This document shows positions 61,690-64,000 of a stretch of 64,000 nt of DNA, piece after piece. Position numbers and translations under genes: made by a program. This stretch comes from a bacterium (GTDB lineage: Bacteria; UBA8248): positions 3,424,001-3,488,000 of the forward strand of contig CBDBZU010000004.1 of assembly GCA_965213625.1 (NCBI GenBank), read 5' to 3'. The notes under the pieces are model-generated. The model was not told where the DNA came from. It was given only the letters and a program-made list of their open reading frames with translations, and did no database searches. Each line of letters begins with the position of its first letter. The first letter of the stretch is position 1.

Positions 61690-61992
61690 TTATCCCCGGC
61701 TGAGCATCCGGCCCCACACGAGGTGCTCGCCCCAGAGCTGAAGGCCGCTTTCGGGGACCTTGAGCCCCGTGCATACGATGAGCTCGTCCCGTGCGGGACG
61801 CATCTCCCGCACCGCCCGGCGCGAGGCCGTCACGCGTTTGCTCTTGCGCCCCCCGTTCCCCGGGGCGGCTACGGGACGAATGCCGCCCCGGGCATCGGAT
61901 TTATAGCGTTTGACTTCGTATCTCTCATCCGCCAGGCCAGGGCCTGAGAGATGGGTGAGGAAGGTGTTGGCTTCGGGTTTCGGTTTACGCAT
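61690..61992 (-). CDS. Hypothetical basic protein
   Basis: AAGGAGG RBS before MRKPKPEANTF; co-oriented with the leading-region genes. Confidence 0.55.
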   Translation of the reverse strand: MRKPKPEANTFLTHLSGPGLADERYEVKRYKSDARGGIRPVAAPGNGGRKSKRVTASRRAVREMRPARDELIVCTGLKVPESGLQLWGEHLVWGRMLSRG

Positions 61993-62440
61993 CGCGCGCC
62001 TCCTTGGGTGGGTGATCGGGAAGGCGAAGAACGTCCTCTCGCAGACCTCCTTCCGCCGCCCCCTCCCGGCCCGGCTCCGCCTCTTCGAGAGGTAGGGCAA
62101 GGAAATGACGCCGAGCAAAACCTAGCGAAAAAATTGTGGAGTTCGCCTTGATTGCTTCAGGTATGCGAGGCGCCGGTCGGGTCGGGCGGTGCCACGCAGC
62201 AACCGGTGCAGGTTTTTGTGGAAACCCCGCGCTCCTGGTTGCGCGCTGCGATTGCGGGAAAGATAATATGGCCAAGTGGAGGAAAAGGGTTCCGCCCGCC
62301 GTCGCGCCATGATATTCGAGCGGCGACGTGATGCCGACTGAAAAATCCTGTCGGGTCGTGGCGAGAACCGAGGAGACGACCATCCGCCCGCTGCAGGAAC
62401 ATTCGGCATCAACACGGGAGACGCCCCGTCGCAGATACGG

Positions 62441-64000
62441 GATAATTCATACCAGTTCTGCTGTCTGTCGATAGACCTGGAAGTCAGCAGAAATGGCGTT
62501 ATCCACGCCTTGGGTGCGGTGCGCACGGATACCGGCGAAAGCCTGACGCATACAGGCGGCGGCTTGACGGCCGCGCTGGAAAAGCTCGACGATCTCGCCG
62601 AGGGGGCGTCCTTCATCCTGGGCCACAACCTGCTCGCCTTCGACCTGCCTCATCTCGCTGCCGCAAAACCGGACCTCAAGCTCTTGAAGCTGCCCGTGGT
62701 GGATACGTTGCGCATTAGCCCGCTCGCCTTTCCCCGCAATCCCTATCATCGCCTGGTCAAGCATTACCAGGACGGTGGGCTCAAACGCGGGCGGATCAAC
62801 GACCCGGAACTCGATTCCCGCCTCGCGCTGGAAGTCTTCGCCGATCAGCGCGAAGCGCTTCGGAAGGCTCCGCCGGACCTGCTGGCGGCATGGCATTGGC
62901 TGACCACGCCGGAGTATGAAGGCGCGGACCGCGCCCTGGACGACCTGTTTTCAGCACTCCGTAGCTCACGCCGACCGACCGACGCCGAGGCCTGCACGGC
63001 GATAAACCGCCGCCTGGAGGGCGTCACCTGCGTGATATACGGGCGCGAGGTCCTGGCGGAGGCGGACAAGCGGGGCTGGGCCCTGGCCTACGCCTTGGCG
63101 TGGCTTTCAGTGGCGGGCGGCAACTCGGTCAGGGAGGCGATCGGCAACTCGGTCATGCCGCCCTGGGTACGCCACCAGTTCCCCGAAGCGGGAGAGTTGG
63201 TGCGCCGCCTCAGGGACACCGCCTGCGCCGATGTATCTTGCGTCTGGTGCCGCGAGATGCACGACGCCCGTAAGGAATTGAAGCGTTGGTTCAGCTTCGA
63301 GGACTTCCGGCCCGAGCCCAAAGACAATTCCGGGCGTCCCATGCAGCAGACCGTCGTCGAGGCGGCGATGCGCGGGGAGCACGTCCTCGGCATCCTGCCC
63401 ACGGGAACCGGCAAGTCGATCTGCTACTAGGTCCCGGCGCTCTCGCGCTACGAGAAGACAGGCGCGCTCACGGTGGTCATCTCGCCCCTGGTCGCGCTGA
63501 TGGCTGATCAGGTGGCGGGACTGGAAGCACGCGGGATCGGCTGCTGCGTGACCATCAACGGGCTTTTGTCGATGCCCGAGCGGGCGGACGCGCTGGAACG
63601 GGTGCGGCTGGGGGACGCGGGCATCCTGATCGTCTCGCCGGAACAGCTCCGCTCCCGTTCCCTGCGCCGGGCGCTCGACCAGCGGGAGATCGGCGCCTGG
63701 GTGGTGGACGAGGCCCACTGCGTGTCGCAGTGGGGGCACGACTTCCGGCCCGACTACCGCTACGTGGGCCGCTTCATCCGGGAGAAGGCGGGCGGCGGGC
63801 CGGTACCCCCCGTGCTGTGCCTGACCGCGACCGCCCGGCCCGGCGTCGTCGAGGACGTCGTGGGCCATTTCCGGGAAAAGGTCGGGGTCGAATTGAAGGT
63901 GTTCGACGGCGGCGCCGAGAGGCCCAATCTGACGTTCGAGGTCATCCCGACTACGGGTGGTGAGAAGTTCGCCCATATCCACCAGGTGCTGGAATCGCAC
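62441..64000 (+). pseudogene. Exonuclease-like + RecQ-family helicase gene with an in-frame TAG (63428-63430); start unclear, continues past the window
   Basis: SIDLEV...LGHNLLAFDLP...VDTL, then [33 protein letters not shown]. Confidence 0.85.

Noticed and set aside
25647-63430. Stop-codon reassignment (TAG read-through) suggested by repeated in-frame TAGs
   Set aside because: The TAGs fall at both Trp and Gln positions, TAA and TGA interruptions also occur, and TAG ends intact genes (mrr, traH, ssb). Ordinary nonsense mutation fits better.
1-64000. Calling the element an ICE or a plasmid and assigning att sites
   Set aside because: No integrase, rep/par genes, tRNA or terminal att repeats are visible; the Xis-like HTH only hints at an ICE.

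Overview
A GC-rich bacterial accessory region, mostly one decaying F-type conjugative element plus cargo. The eukaryote-like SRCR and ankyrin proteins suggest an animal-associated host such as a sponge symbiont (inference). 1-20 kb is a mosaic: a large secreted repeat protein with an SRCR domain running off the left edge, a 5' group II intron remnant fused to a truncated mrr copy, a UDG-fold gene, a secreted ankyrin protein, an AT-rich phage-derived tandem array, recQ, higA-mrr-(mmeI pseudogene), two lipoproteins, and IS1182 and Y-polymerase remnants. The array holds four intact, divergent, mosaic 66-67 aa ORFs, each between the 3' tip of a common upstream gene and a 5' fragment of a DUF1073 portal gene. 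20-44 kb is a CI/Cro-like switch ahead of a traALEKBVC-trbI-S26-traWU-trbC-traNFHG-traD-MOBF relaxase cluster, with one nonsense codon in traC. 44.4-54.5 kb is an intact type I-G CRISPR-Cas locus with a 6-repeat array, bracketed by the inner ends of two directly oriented IS21 remnants. 56.4-62 kb holds an RHH gene, an F-like oriT nic site and a leading region (DUF2493, DUF4326, ssb, small proteins, hairpin-rich intergenic DNA). A broken exonuclease-RecQ gene runs off the right edge. No integrase or replication initiator is visible. The best candidate for an undescribed system is the 7.8-11.0 kb array of diversified small phage-locus genes. All family calls come from motif recognition by eye, not database searches.
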